The position numbers and the translations under genes were made by a program. From NCBI GenBank assembly GCA_963720755.1, contig CAVRGP010000006.1:64001-128000 (forward strand): a DNA stretch of 64,000 bases, read 5' to 3'. The notes beneath the pieces were generated by a model. It was not told the origin of the DNA and made no database searches. It worked only from the letters and a program-made list of their open reading frames with translations. This document shows, in pieces, positions 28,388 to 38,078 of this stretch. The DNA is from an uncultured Chloroflexia bacterium. GTDB taxonomy: Bacteria; Chloroflexota; Limnocylindria; Limnocylindrales; CSP1-4. How positions within the stretch are numbered: the stretch's first letter is position 1; each line of letters opens with the position of its first letter.

Positions 28388-30064
28388 ATGAGGCCCGAGA
28401 TGAGCGAAGTGACCCGCCCGATCCGCCGCCTCCTTGGTCGAGGTGACCGCGTCGTCGACATGCCACCCCCGCCGGCCGAGCAGGCTGCCGACGCGGACGT
28501 CCAGCTCGCCGGCGTCGGCGAACCCGCGTCCGACACCGGACCTGTGGCCAACTCGATCACCGTCGACATCCCCGAATCGGACCCGCTCCTCGCATACCTT
28601 CAGGCTGCCCCCGGTCCGGTGGATCTCTCCCGGTTGGAATTGGATACACCGGCCGTCAGAAACATGCGCGATGCAGGCGTGGCCCTCATCGTCCCGCTGG
28701 TGTCGCAGGGCGAACTCATCGGCACGCTCAACCTCGGCCCGCGACTTTCCGAGCAGGACTATTCGACCGACGACCGGCGCCTCCTGACGACGCTCGCCGC
28801 GCAGGCCGCACCGGCGATCCGGGTCGCCCAGCTCGTCCGGGAACAGGCCGCCGAGGCGGCAGAACGGCAACGTCTCGAACAGGAGATGCGGGTCGCCACG
28901 CTGATCCAGCAGCAGTTCCTGCCGCGCGAGTTGCCGAAGCTGCCGCAGTGGCAGATCGCCGCCTACTACGGGCCTGCGCGAGCCGTCGGCGGCGACTTCT
29001 ACGACTTCATCGAGATGCCCGACGGCCGGATCGGGATCGCCGTTGGCGACGTGACCGACAAGGGTGTCCCGGCGGCCCTCGTCATGGCCCGGACCCACTC
29101 GGTCCTCCGCGCCGAGGCATCCCGGAGCGACTCGCCGGGGGTGATCCTCGAGCGGGCCAACGAACTGCTCTGCCCGGAGATGCCGGCGCGCATGTTCGTG
29201 ACCTGTCTGTTCGCCATCCTCGAACCGGAAACCGGCCGGATCGTGATGGCCAATGCCGGCCACAACCTGCCGTACATCCGCACCGACGAGGGCGTCATCG
29301 AGCTCCGTGCGACCGGGATGCCTCTTGGCCTGATGCCGGCGATCCACTACGAGGAGACGGAAGGCATCATCGCCCCCGGCAACAACGTCCTCCTCTACTC
29401 GGACGGCCTCGTCGAGGCCCACGATCCGAGTCAGGCGATGTACGGCTTCCCGCGACTCCGGGACGAGATGGCCGTCGACGACGCCGGCAGTGAACTGCTC
29501 GACCGGCTGCTCGACACGCTGCATGCATTCACCGGAGCCGATTGGGAGCAGGAAGACGACATCACCCTCGTCACACTCCACCGGGCCACAGGTGTCGCCG
29601 AGGACCCCGATGGTGACGCGGTCGGCCCGACCGCGATCACGGAGTTCTCGATCCCTGGCGAAGAGGGCAACGAGCGCCTGGCCATGGATCGGGTGGCGGC
29701 TGCGGTCGCCGACCTGGGTCTCTCGCCGGCCCGCCTCGAACGCTTCAAGACGGCCGTCAGTGAGACCGCGATGAACGCCATCGAGTACGGCAGCCAGGGC
29801 CGCGCCGAGATCCCGGTCGACATCGTCGTGGAGACGACGGCCGACTCGATCATCGTTCGGGTCACAGACCGCGCCCTGTCGGGTGGCGTCCCGACCGAAC
29901 CCGAGGCTCCGAACATCGAGGCGAAACTCGCGGGCGATCAGAAGCCGCGCGGGTGGGGCCTCTTCCTGATCAAGAACATGGTGGATTCGATGGACGTGAC
30001 CACCGATGGGACGACCCAGACCGTCGCCCTGACGATGGCACGCGAGGAGCACGACGATGGATGA
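28388..30064 (+). CDS. partial-GAF + SpoIIE/PP2C phosphatase + RsbW-like HATPase fusion
   Basis: VPLVSQGELIGTLNLG...LL..LAAQAA, VGGDFYD, GDVTDKG, NAGH, LYSDG, EDDIT, then SE..MNA.EYG and GWGLFL. Start is 28388 or 28400. Confidence 0.92.
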   Translation: MRPEMSEVTRPIRRLLGRGDRVVDMPPPPAEQAADADVQLAGVGEPASDTGPVANSITVDIPESDPLLAYLQAAPGPVDLSRLELDTPAVRNMRDAGVALIVPLVSQGELIGTLNLGPRLSEQDYSTDDRRLLTTLAAQAAPAIRVAQLVREQAAEAAERQRLEQEMRVATLIQQQFLPRELPKLPQWQIAAYYGPARAVGGDFYDFIEMPDGRIGIAVGDVTDKGVPAALVMARTHSVLRAEASRSDSPGVILERANELLCPEMPARMFVTCLFAILEPETGRIVMANAGHNLPYIRTDEGVIELRATGMPLGLMPAIHYEETEGIIAPGNNVLLYSDGLVEAHDPSQAMYGFPRLRDEMAVDDAGSELLDRLLDTLHAFTGADWEQEDDITLVTLHRATGVAEDPDGDAVGPTAITEFSIPGEEGNERLAMDRVAAAVADLGLSPARLERFKTAVSETAMNAIEYGSQGRAEIPVDIVVETTADSIIVRVTDRALSGGVPTEPEAPNIEAKLAGDQKPRGWGLFLIKNMVDSMDVTTDGTTQTVALTMAREEHDDG

Positions 30065-30389
30065 CCACACGTTCAGCGCTGAGATCGTCGAGATCGCAGG
30101 CGGGGTCCAGGTCCGGATGACCGGCGACCTCAACGGTCGGGCCGACGAAGCCCTTGCCGGGGCCTACACCGGAGTGTCCGCGCTCGACACGAAGAACGTC
30201 AGCCTCGACTTCCACCACGTCGGCTACATCAACAGCACCGGGATCGCCCTGATCGTCCGGCTGCTGGCCGAGGCTCGGCGAGATGGTCGAACGGTCCAGG
30301 CGATCGGTCTGACCGACCACTACCAGGAGATCTTCCGGATCACCCGTCTGTCGGACTTCATGGAGATCGTCGAAGGAGACGCAGCATGA
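30057..30389 (+). CDS. STAS anti-sigma-factor antagonist 1
   Basis: GDL..., LDF..V.YINSTGIALI and IFRITRL. Confidence 0.9.
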   Translation: MDDHTFSAEIVEIAGGVQVRMTGDLNGRADEALAGAYTGVSALDTKNVSLDFHHVGYINSTGIALIVRLLAEARRDGRTVQAIGLTDHYQEIFRITRLSDFMEIVEGDAA

Positions 30390-30733
30390 CCGCCACCGTC
30401 ATCGAACTCGACCAGGATGGTGCCGCCGCCATCCTCCACATCTCGGGTGACATCACATCCGCCAGCGAGGGCGACCTGATGGCGGCCTACGGCCTGGCGA
30501 CCGAGAACGGGGCCTCGGCGGTCATCCTCGACTTCAGCAAGCTCGAGTACATGAACAGTGGTGGCATCGGCCTGTTGGTGACGCTCCTTGTCCGGGCCCA
30601 GCGCAGTGGCGGGCGCCTCGTCGCGATCGGCCTGTCCGACCACTACCGGCAGATCTTCGAACTGACCCGCCTCGATGAGGCGATCGAGATCCACGACGAC
30701 CAGGCCACGGCGATGGCAGCCGCGACCGCCTGA
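30386..30733 (+). CDS. STAS anti-sigma-factor antagonist 2
   Basis: GDI..., LDFSKLEYMNSGGIGLL and IFELTRLD. Confidence 0.9.
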   Translation: MTATVIELDQDGAAAILHISGDITSASEGDLMAAYGLATENGASAVILDFSKLEYMNSGGIGLLVTLLVRAQRSGGRLVAIGLSDHYRQIFELTRLDEAIEIHDDQATAMAAATA

Positions 30734-30767
30734 CCCGGGTGAACCCGGAGGATCGAGGAGACACACG

Positions 30768-31594
30768 ATGGTCGAGATGCAGGACACGTCCCCAGCCAGC
30801 ACGGAAGCCACCGAGACGCCGCCTCCAGCCGAACCGGTCGTGCCGGCTCCGGTGGTACCGGCTCCAGCCGCAGCTCCGGTCAATCGCGATGCCGCGAACT
30901 GGGCTCGCCCGTCGATCGGCTGTCGGCCGCCGGCGTCACCGGCGCGAAGGACGACGCCGTCACGGGCAAGCGAGTCTCCGGTCCGCTCCAGGGGTTCGGC
31001 CAGCTGTGGCAGAAAACCTTCAGCGTCCGGCTCGAAGGCGTCGACCAGTCGCCAGAGAAGGTGATCGCGACCTGGAAAGCGCACTTCCCTGAATACTGGC
31101 CGAAGGGCCAGCGGTTCTACGCACCCCTGTCGGGGATCGCCCCCGGCGAGGTCGCCCTCCTCGAGATCGAGCCACTGCCCGGGGCACCGGTTCGCCTGTC
31201 CACGGGCGTCCTCGTCCTCTACGCAGATGACGAGTCGTTCACCTTCATGACCCCCGAAGGCCATACCCTATCGGCATGGATCACCTTCTCGGCCCATCAG
31301 GTGGACGGCGTCACGGTCGCCCAGGCCCAGGCACTCGAGCGACCGTCCGATCCATTCGACGAGTTCGCCTACATGGTCGGCGGCAATCGCCAGAACAACA
31401 AGTTCTGGCAAGGGACCTTGCGCAACCTCGCTGCTCAGCTCGGCGTGGCAGATCCGGTCGTCGAGACCCAGAGCGTGTGCATCGACCGGAATCGCCAGTG
31501 GCGGTATTGGCGGAACGTCCGCAACAGCGCCACGGTTCGAGGCGCCCGACGCACACTGACGGCTCCGGTCCGCAAACTGACCGGCCGGGGGTGA
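30768..31594 (+). CDS. hypothetical protein (apparent -1 frameshift at 30908-30910)
   Basis: RBS GAGGAG before ATG 30768. Adding one base joins NWARP to VDRL...GPLQGFGQLWQKT...VIATWKAHF (ORF 31061-31594). Confidence 0.7.
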
Positions 31595-31607
31595 GGCCCC
31601 GCATCCG

Positions 31608-33047
31608 GTGACGGTGCGGAGCGAGTCCAGCCAGATCGACGCGATCGTCGTCGGAGCAGGACCAAATGGCCTGGCGGCGGCGATCACCCTGGCCCGCGCC
31701 GGGCGATCGGTGCGTGTGTACGAGGCCGCGGACACGATCGGCGGCGGCACGCGGACCATGGAGCTGACGCTACCGGGGTTCCGCCACGACATGTGTTCGA
31801 CGATCCTGCCCCTCACGATCGCGTCCCCGTTCTTCAAGACGATGGACCTGGCCGCGCGGGGCGTGGAGGTGGTCCATCCGGACGCACCGGTCGCCCACCC
31901 GCTCGACGGCGGCCGCGCTGCCGTGCTGGAGCGGTCCGTCACCGCCACGGCGGACGGATTGGGCGAGGACGGACGCGCCTGGAAACGATTGTTCGGGCCA
32001 CTCGCCGGCGACGCGGGCAAGATCGGGTCGGAGATCCTGCGTCCGGTCATGCACGTTCCCCGTCATCCATTGGCTCTCGCTAGGTTCGGCCTCCCGGCAC
32101 TGCGGTCGGCCGAAGGTCTCGCTCGTAGCCGGTTCGACGGAGACGATGCCCGCGCCCTGTTCGGTGGGATCGCAGCCCATGCCATGCTCCGTCTCGATCG
32201 TCCGTTGAGCGCCTCGTTTGGACTGGTCCTGGCAACGTATGCCCACGCGGTCGGCTGGCCGATGATCCGGGGCGGGGCTGACGCGGTGGCAGGGGCCATG
32301 GCGGCCGAGCTCCAGGAACACGGCGGGGACATCGTCACCGGGCAACGCGTGGATGACATCGCCGAGCTTCCGCCCTCGCGGGCGGTCCTCTTCGATACGA
32401 CACCTCGGCAGCTCGTCGCCATCGCCGGCGACCGGCTGTCGGGGCGCACTCGGTGGCTGGCTCAGCGGTTCCGCTACGGTTCGGGCGTATTCAAGGTCGA
32501 CTGGGCCCTCGATGGGCCAGTGCCGTGGGCGGCCGAGGGTCCGCGCCGCGCGGCCACCATCCACCTCGGCGGCACGCTCGACGAGATCGCCGCTTCTGAG
32601 GCGGATGTCGCGGCCGGTCGACATCCGGATCGACCCTATGTGCTGTTCGTGCAGTACGCTCCGTGGGACACGACGCGAGCCCCGGCAGGCAAGACGACCG
32701 CATGGGCGTATTGCCACGTGCCGTCAGGTTCCGGCGTCGACATGACGGACCGGATCGAGGCCCAGGTCGAGCGGTTCGCTCCGGGGTTCCGCGATCGGAT
32801 CCTGGCGCGTGCCGTTGCGGGGCCTGCCGCCATCGAGGCGCACGATGCGAACTACATCGGCGGCGACATCATCGGCGGGATCCAGGACATCCGCCAACTC
32901 ATCTTCCGACCGTGGCCCTCACTCGATCCCTACCACGTCGGCGCGGGCCTCTACCTCTGCTCCTCGTCCACACCACCCGGTGGGGGCGTCCACGGGATGA
33001 GCGGGATGCTTGCCGCGAACTCCGCCCTGCGCCACGAGCTGCGCTGA
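31608..33047 (+). CDS. phytoene dehydrogenase-like FAD-dependent oxidoreductase
   Basis: VVGAGPNGL, GGG.RT.ELTLPGF.HD and LCSSSTPPGGGVHGMSG. Confidence 0.9.
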   Translation: MTVRSESSQIDAIVVGAGPNGLAAAITLARAGRSVRVYEAADTIGGGTRTMELTLPGFRHDMCSTILPLTIASPFFKTMDLAARGVEVVHPDAPVAHPLDGGRAAVLERSVTATADGLGEDGRAWKRLFGPLAGDAGKIGSEILRPVMHVPRHPLALARFGLPALRSAEGLARSRFDGDDARALFGGIAAHAMLRLDRPLSASFGLVLATYAHAVGWPMIRGGADAVAGAMAAELQEHGGDIVTGQRVDDIAELPPSRAVLFDTTPRQLVAIAGDRLSGRTRWLAQRFRYGSGVFKVDWALDGPVPWAAEGPRRAATIHLGGTLDEIAASEADVAAGRHPDRPYVLFVQYAPWDTTRAPAGKTTAWAYCHVPSGSGVDMTDRIEAQVERFAPGFRDRILARAVAGPAAIEAHDANYIGGDIIGGIQDIRQLIFRPWPSLDPYHVGAGLYLCSSSTPPGGGVHGMSGMLAANSALRHELR

Positions 33048-33102
33048 CCGAGCCACTGCAGGTGGTCGAAGCCGGGCCGCCGCCGGGTCGATAATGTCGG
33101 AC

Positions 33103-34203
33103 ATGAGGACTCGGATCGTGGACGGTCTGGCGGGCCTCGATGCGTTGCGCGACGGTTGGATGCGGCTCGAGCAAGGGGCGGTCCTCCCGATGCAGCAGTT
33201 CATCTGGTCGCGGGCGGGTGCGGCCACATTCACGTCCGATGCCGAACTCCGGGTCATCGCGCTCGATGATGGGAATCGAACGGTGGCGATCGCGCCACTG
33301 ATCTACCGAACGTCCAGCGCCCGCCTCGAATGGCTCGGCGTGGCAGAGCTGTACGAACCGATGGATGCTCTGTACGAGAGCGAGGATGTGGTCCCCTTGC
33401 TGGCGGCGGCCATCGTCGATCTGGAACTACCCATCTTCCTCCGCCGGATCCCGGTCGCCTCGCCGCTCACGGATGCCCTCGCGAGGGCCTATCGGTCTCG
33501 TGGGACGTCGATCTGCCGACCCGACAGCGCGTGGCCAACGATCACGTTGGATGATGCCTGGGCGGATCCGGAGAGCAAGTTTCGCGCCCACCGTCGCGCC
33601 TATCTGCACCGCGCGCGCCGGATCGCGGAGGAACTCGGAACCGTCGAATCGGAAGTCCTGACCCCGACGCCTGAGAACCTTCCGCCACGGCTGGAGGAGG
33701 CCATCGCCGTTGAAGCGTCCAGCTGGAAGGGCAGGACCGGCACCGCGCTCGAGTTGGATCCGATCCGAGGCGCCTTCTACCGCCAGTATGCGGCGGCCGC
33801 GGCGGCGCAGGGCACCCTGCGTCTCTGCTTTCTCCGCATCGACGGGCGAGCCATCGCGATGCAGTTGGCGGTCGAGTTCGCCGACGCCTTCTGGCTCCTG
33901 AAGATCGGCTACGACGAAGCGTTTGCGGCTTGCTCTCCCGGCAACCTCCTGATCCGCGAGACGATCAGCGCAACGGCACAGCGCCATGTTGGTTCGATCG
34001 CATTCCTCGGGGCGGTCGAGCCCTGGAAGGAGGAGTGGACCCACGAGCAGGATCCGTGCGTCGTCCTCCGTGGATACCCGTCAGGTCGTCGGGGCCTGCG
34101 GCGACTCACGACCGACTTGGCTGGGGCTGGCCGCAGGCGACTCCCCTTGTCGGGCCGAACGGACAGAGAAGCTCGGGCACGGGACCGCGGCGATCACGGG
34201 TGA
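33103..34203 (+). CDS. CelD/BcsL-like GNAT acetyltransferase
   Basis: L.IDGR.IA, LKIGYDE.FA..SPG.LL and G...WK..W. Confidence 0.8.
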   Translation: MRTRIVDGLAGLDALRDGWMRLEQGAVLPMQQFIWSRAGAATFTSDAELRVIALDDGNRTVAIAPLIYRTSSARLEWLGVAELYEPMDALYESEDVVPLLAAAIVDLELPIFLRRIPVASPLTDALARAYRSRGTSICRPDSAWPTITLDDAWADPESKFRAHRRAYLHRARRIAEELGTVESEVLTPTPENLPPRLEEAIAVEASSWKGRTGTALELDPIRGAFYRQYAAAAAAQGTLRLCFLRIDGRAIAMQLAVEFADAFWLLKIGYDEAFAACSPGNLLIRETISATAQRHVGSIAFLGAVEPWKEEWTHEQDPCVVLRGYPSGRRGLRRLTTDLAGAGRRRLPLSGRTDREARARDRGDHG

Positions 34204-34448
34204 GCGCATGGTCGAGGTCCACGGACAACCTTGCGAAATGTTCACCCACGGACCGCTATGCCAACTCAGGCGGGCCAAATGCCTTTACTTGGAGCGAGTT
34301 CCGCCGATCGGTTGCCTCGGCTGAGCGCGAACCGGCGGCGGACAGGCGACCGCCGCATACCGGCGCTGAGGCGGACCTGCCCTAACGGTCTACCCATGAG
34401 AGTCCTGCCAGGTGCGCGGCTGCGGGTCACGTCGGCCCGGCCCTCTCG

Positions 34449-35204
34449 TCAGGCCGACAGCTGGCGCCGGAGCCAGAACCCGAACACCAGCGCCCCGACG
34501 GCTGGCACCACGGACAGCGCCATCAGGAGTAACAGCATGACGACGATGACGACCCGGACGTCCTCGACCGAGGCCTCGACCACGCCCGACCGCAGTCGCT
34601 CGGCCAGAACGGCGGTGCTGTCGCCAAGCTGACCGAGCGACGCTGCGTTGGCCTCCAGTGATGCCTGATTGGTGGCCAGTCCGTCGGCGATCGACGTGAG
34701 CCGCGAGTCGAGCCCTTCGATCGAGCCCGCGATGCCATCCACCGCGCCCGCCGCGGGACCGAGCGGCGAGACGCCCAGGATGTTGACGGCGCTGAGTACG
34801 TCGCGCAGCGTCTCGAGGTTGGTTCGGACCCCGATGATCGTATCGGCGGCGGCCGCGACCGACGCCTGGGTCCGGTCGAGCGTGACCGAAAACGTCTGGG
34901 CCGTGGACGAGGCGTCGTGGAGGACCTGGGCCGTCCGCTCCAGCGTCGTCGCCAGCGGATCCATCGACGCCGCGACCCGTTCACCCGCCGCGTCGATCCG
35001 ACCATTGACCCAGACCAGAGTCCCCAGCCCGATGAACGCCACGACGAGCCCGATGATCCCGTAGGCGATCAGCCCGCGACTCAGGCGATGGAGGCCACGC
35101 CGGAGATCGAGCTGTGGTGGGGCGGTCTCGGGTGGGGCCCCGCCCGGCGCGACCGGCGGCGTGGTGGGCACCGGCCCGTAGTCCTCGGTCGGCGAATCGC
35201 TCAT
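34449..35204 (-). CDS. 2-TM membrane protein with helical extracytoplasmic domain
   Basis: Hydrophobic segments at both ends, heptad-like middle; ATGA overlap. Confidence 0.7.
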   Translation of the reverse strand: MSDSPTEDYGPVPTTPPVAPGGAPPETAPPQLDLRRGLHRLSRGLIAYGIIGLVVAFIGLGTLVWVNGRIDAAGERVAASMDPLATTLERTAQVLHDASSTAQTFSVTLDRTQASVAAAADTIIGVRTNLETLRDVLSAVNILGVSPLGPAAGAVDGIAGSIEGLDSRLTSIADGLATNQASLEANAASLGQLGDSTAVLAERLRSGVVEASVEDVRVVIVVMLLLLMALSVVPAVGALVFGFWLRRQLSA

Positions 35205-35965
35205 CCATCCCACTCCACGACGTCACCGATCGCGGTCGGCACGGTCCGGACATCGGGGGCGAGTTCGGCCGCGTACTCGACGAACGCGGCCGGCGGCTCG
35301 ACGAGCCGTTCCGGAAAGACTCGTCCGAGCGCGTGGGGCCAGTAGGTGCCCCAGTGGATCGGCGTCGCCGCCCGCGGCCGGATCAGGCGCAGGGCCATCG
35401 CGGCGCGGAATGGGTCGAGATGCAGGCCCCGGCCCAAGGTCGGACCCCAACCCCAAACGGGAAGGAGCGCGAGGTCGATGGGCTCGCCGAGTTCGCCCAT
35501 GCCGGCGAACAGATCCGTGTCCCCGGCGAAGTAGATCGTCCGACTGCCCCGGATCACGAAGCCCAGGGGCGGGGCGGTCGGACCGAGCGGCGGCCGATAC
35601 CCGGAATGGACGGCCGGGACCGCACGGATCACGACTCCGCCGACCGACGTCGCGTCGGCGACCGCCATCTCCCGGACGTCGGTGAAGCCGGCGGACCGCA
35701 TCCAGGCTCCCGATCCGGCGGGAACGAACATCGGCACATCGCGCCCGAGGCTCCGCAACGACGGGACATCGAGGTGGTCCCAGTGGAGGTGCGAGATGAG
35801 GACGGCGTCGATGCCGCGCAGCCGGTCGCGACGCGGCACGGGCTCGACTCGTCGCAATGGCCCGACTCGGGCCCGGGTCACCGGATCGGTCACCAACCGG
35901 ATCCCGTCGATCTCGATGACGACCGTCGAGTGGCCGATGAAGTCGAGAGCGACGGGCTCGGTCAT
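35201..35965 (-). CDS. MBL-fold metallo-hydrolase
   Basis: GHST, TDP, SHLHWDH, YFAGDT and PIHWGT. Confidence 0.92.
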   Translation of the reverse strand: MTEPVALDFIGHSTVVIEIDGIRLVTDPVTRARVGPLRRVEPVPRRDRLRGIDAVLISHLHWDHLDVPSLRSLGRDVPMFVPAGSGAWMRSAGFTDVREMAVADATSVGGVVIRAVPAVHSGYRPPLGPTAPPLGFVIRGSRTIYFAGDTDLFAGMGELGEPIDLALLPVWGWGPTLGRGLHLDPFRAAMALRLIRPRAATPIHWGTYWPHALGRVFPERLVEPPAAFVEYAAELAPDVRTVPTAIGDVVEWDG

Positions 35966-38067
35966 CGCCAGCCGGTTCGGGCAGCGTCCGGATACAGGCG
36001 GACCCGCCGGTACGGCTCGCGGCCACGCGACCGTGACACGAGATTGGCCCGCTCCGCCATCTGGTGCTGGAGTCGGCGGATGTACGCGTTCTGGGGCGAC
36101 AACTCGATCGCCTCCGACGACGACAGGACGGACTCGATCGCGTCCTCGGTCTCGCGCATCGCCGCCTCGCGTGGGTCGATCTCGAGCGAGAAGATCGAGG
36201 TCAGGCTCGACTGCATCTGCGGGATCGTGTTGCTCTTGAGCACGTAGATCGGCATCGCTCGATCCTCGGCGTCGCGAAGCAGCGGGGTCTTCTGCTTGTA
36301 TTCGTTGCGGAGGGTCATGACCACGTCCGCCTCGTCCACGTCCCGGGCGATCACGACGGGCAGTTGCAGGTCGCGAACCGCCTGCTCGAGCCGCTTCCGG
36401 CTGATGCCCTGGGGGAGGACCCGCAACGTCGGCAGCGGCGACCCGCCGGGTGTCAGCACGGTCGTGCCGTCCGGACCCTCCTCGGCCCCCAGTGGCAGGC
36501 GATCGAGATCGTCGTCCTCCAGATCGTCGGCGTTGACCGGACCGGTGCCGTCCTCGGCGCGCATCGCGTTGAGGGCCTTGCTGGCCTGGTCTCGCCACGC
36601 CTTCTGGCGCTCCAGCTCACGGGCCTCGCGAGCCCGGGTCTCGGACGCGGACAGGGCCGCTCCGCGCTCGAGCGGGCCTCGATCCGCGATCTCGCCGGCA
36701 ACGAATGGATCCTCCGAGCCGGCGACCTCGCCACGGCTGCCGGCCGGTCTGCGCCCGCTGGGCGACGGCGGGGAGGCGAACCGTTCACCGGGGATCGTGC
36801 CGGCCCAGCCACCCTCCGATGTCGTGCCCCGGGTGGCGGGCTCACGCCCGGAACCGCCTCGCGAAGCCCGCCAGCCCCCAGTCGCCCCAGGCCGATATCC
36901 GGGCCTGGCGCCGCCGCGATCCGCTTCCCGATAGCCGCCGTTTCGATACGCCCCTTCGCCGCGCCAGCCCGGCTCCATCCGCCATGGCGTCCCGGCCCCG
37001 ACCAGGCCGGCGAACCGTTCGGCGCCGAGTTGCTCGCGAGGCGACGGGCGCGGCCGGCCCTGGCTCCGATGGACGCCCTCCTCGTCGCGCCAGCGAAGTT
37101 CCGGAGCGACCTGATCGCCTCGGAGCATCGCATCGATCGTGTCGGCGACGTCCGCATGGACGACCACGCGCTCGCGATCGACGATCTCCACGATGACATC
37201 GAAGGTCGGTGGTGCCTTGCGTTCCAGGACGCTCTTCTGGGTCCGCCGGCGGCGCGCCTCCTCGTCGCCGAGGGTCACGCTCTGGATCCCGCCGATCAGG
37301 TCGGACAGGGTCGGATTGAGCATCAGGTTGTCGAGGTTGTTGCCGTGCGCCGTCCCGATCAGCTGGACTCCGCGCTCGGCGATCGTCCGGGCCGCCTGTG
37401 CCTCGAGTTCGGTCCCGATCTCGTCGATGACGATGACCTGGGGCATGTGGTTCTCGACGGCTTCGATCATCACCTCGTGCTGCAGCGATGGCGTGCGGAC
37501 CTGCATCCGGCGTGCCTTGCCGATCGCCGGGTGCGGGATGTCGCCATCGCCCGCGATCTCGTTCGAGGTGTCGACCACGACGACGCGCTTGCCCATGTCG
37601 TCGGCGAGGACGCGCGCCGCCTCGCGCAACATCGTCGTCTTGCCGATGCCCGGGCGACCCATGATCAGGATCGACTTCCCGGTCTCGACGAAGTCGTTGA
37701 TGATCTCGATCGTTCCGTAGACGGCGCGACCGATCCGGCAGGTCAGCCCGACGATCTTGCCGTTCCGATTGCGGATGGCGCTGATCCGATGGAGCGTCCG
37801 CTCGATGCCTGCGCGGTTGTCGTCGCCGAACGTCCCGATGTGCTCCACGACGAAGGCGATGTCGGCCTCGGTGATCTCACGATCCAGCAGGCTCACCTCC
37901 GAATCCGGGAAGCGCGCCTCCGGGCGCCGGCCGAGATCCATGACGACCTCGATCAGCGCGTTCCGATCGGGCAGGGCGTGGACCGCAGCCACGATCTCCG
38001 GGGGCAGCGACGCGAGCAGGGCATCGAGATCGTCGATCGACTCGCGCGGGCGTTCGTCGGATCCCAT
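35962..38067 (-). CDS. Ycf45/SpoIIIAA-like AAA ATPase with C-terminal R3H domain
   Basis: [34 protein letters not shown] and RRLQHQ. Start is 38067 (GGAGG RBS) or 38079. Confidence 0.9.
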   Translation of the reverse strand: MGSDERPRESIDDLDALLASLPPEIVAAVHALPDRNALIEVVMDLGRRPEARFPDSEVSLLDREITEADIAFVVEHIGTFGDDNRAGIERTLHRISAIRNRNGKIVGLTCRIGRAVYGTIEIINDFVETGKSILIMGRPGIGKTTMLREAARVLADDMGKRVVVVDTSNEIAGDGDIPHPAIGKARRMQVRTPSLQHEVMIEAVENHMPQVIVIDEIGTELEAQAARTIAERGVQLIGTAHGNNLDNLMLNPTLSDLIGGIQSVTLGDEEARRRRTQKSVLERKAPPTFDVIVEIVDRERVVVHADVADTIDAMLRGDQVAPELRWRDEEGVHRSQGRPRPSPREQLGAERFAGLVGAGTPWRMEPGWRGEGAYRNGGYREADRGGARPGYRPGATGGWRASRGGSGREPATRGTTSEGGWAGTIPGERFASPPSPSGRRPAGSRGEVAGSEDPFVAGEIADRGPLERGAALSASETRAREARELERQKAWRDQASKALNAMRAEDGTGPVNADDLEDDDLDRLPLGAEEGPDGTTVLTPGGSPLPTLRVLPQGISRKRLEQAVRDLQLPVVIARDVDEADVVMTLRNEYKQKTPLLRDAEDRAMPIYVLKSNTIPQMQSSLTSIFSLEIDPREAAMRETEDAIESVLSSSEAIELSPQNAYIRRLQHQMAERANLVSRSRGREPYRRVRLYPDAARTGWR

Positions 38068-38078
38068 CCTGACCTCCA

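Noticed and set aside
34204-34448. Possible ncRNA or small ORF between convergent genes
   Set aside because: Only one GC hairpin (GCGGCGG...CCGCCGC); no recognisable family or convincing ORF.
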